Virus record (IMG/VR): IMGVR_UViG_3300045988_122024
Span: 1-31,558 of that record
Origin: a virus
Length of the DNA: 31,558 nt
Direction: 5' to 3' (one strand)
Made by a program: the position numbers and the translations under genes. The notes below the pieces were generated by a model. That model saw only the letters and a list, made by a program, of their open reading frames with translations. It did not search any database and was not told the origin of the DNA. This document shows positions 31,455 to 31,558 of the stretch, in pieces; positions within the stretch are counted from its first letter, which is position 1, and the number at the start of each line of letters is the position of its first letter.

Positions 31455-31558
31455 GCGATATATTGTGGTTTGTTGTGTTTGCGATGTTTGCGGCCGTTTC
31501 GTGGTTTATCGGTTGGATAATAAACGATTTCAAAGGGGGCAAGCGTGGCAAAAAAAAT
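31451..31558 (+). CDS. 5' portion of the small transmembrane protein ORF that crosses the circular junction (completed at 76..96)
   Basis: ATGA overlap with the upstream stop, RBS ggagag. Runs off the window end inside the terminal repeat. Confidence 0.5.
   Translation, partial: MSDILWFVVFAMFAAVSWFIGWIINDFKGGKRGKKN
31484..31558. repeat. 75-nt terminal direct repeat, identical to 1..75
   Basis: Read directly. Confidence 0.95.

Noticed and set aside
1-31558. Looked for tRNA/tmRNA genes, integrase/excisionase, CI/Cro-type repressor and attP-like sites
   Set aside because: No cloverleaf-capable segments turned up in the few non-coding gaps, and no tyrosine or serine recombinase motifs in any ORF. 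The phage therefore looks virulent or at least non-integrative, but absence judged by eye is weak evidence.

Overview
The window is a complete, circularly closed dsDNA tailed-phage genome. The first 75 nt (1..75) are identical to the last 75 nt (31484..31558), so the unique length is about 31,483 bp. All credible genes are on the + strand, are tightly packed with many ATGA/ATG-TAA start-stop overlaps, and have strong GGAGG-type ribosome-binding sites. Together with near-consensus TTGACA-17-TATAAT promoters, this points to a Gram-positive (Firmicutes-like) host.

Layout:
- Early/middle region, about 26324 through the junction to about 6629. It encodes small unknown proteins, a DnaD/O-like replication initiator with internal iterons, an AbrB-like regulator, Gp157-like and Rad52/Sak-like recombination genes, and a DedA/TVP38 membrane protein. 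It also holds a ParB-domain DNA methyltransferase interrupted at a G10 tract, a compact MetK-like SAM synthetase, a GIY-YIG nuclease and an ASCH protein.
- Late region, 6648..26103. It encodes TerS, TerL, portal, MuF/gp7-like protein, scaffold, major capsid, connector and tail proteins, tail fibres and three membrane/secreted proteins.

The main finding is a diversity-generating retroelement (DGR) inside the tail-fibre cluster. The target is a fibre gene with a C-type-lectin/FGE-like C-terminus (VR 20192..20315). The template repeat is at 20393..20515; I counted 26 mismatches at TR adenines by hand. A DGR-clade reverse transcriptase lies at 20619..21647. No Avd accessory gene is visible.

Other points worth follow-up:
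- a palindromic operator (ACTATTAAAAATAGT) abutting the -35 of three promoters;
- a promoter-to-terminator unit of about 80 nt with an anti-Shine-Dalgarno motif, a candidate sRNA;
- no recognisable endolysin, integrase, repressor or tape-measure gene.

I found no tRNA, rRNA or CRISPR array.
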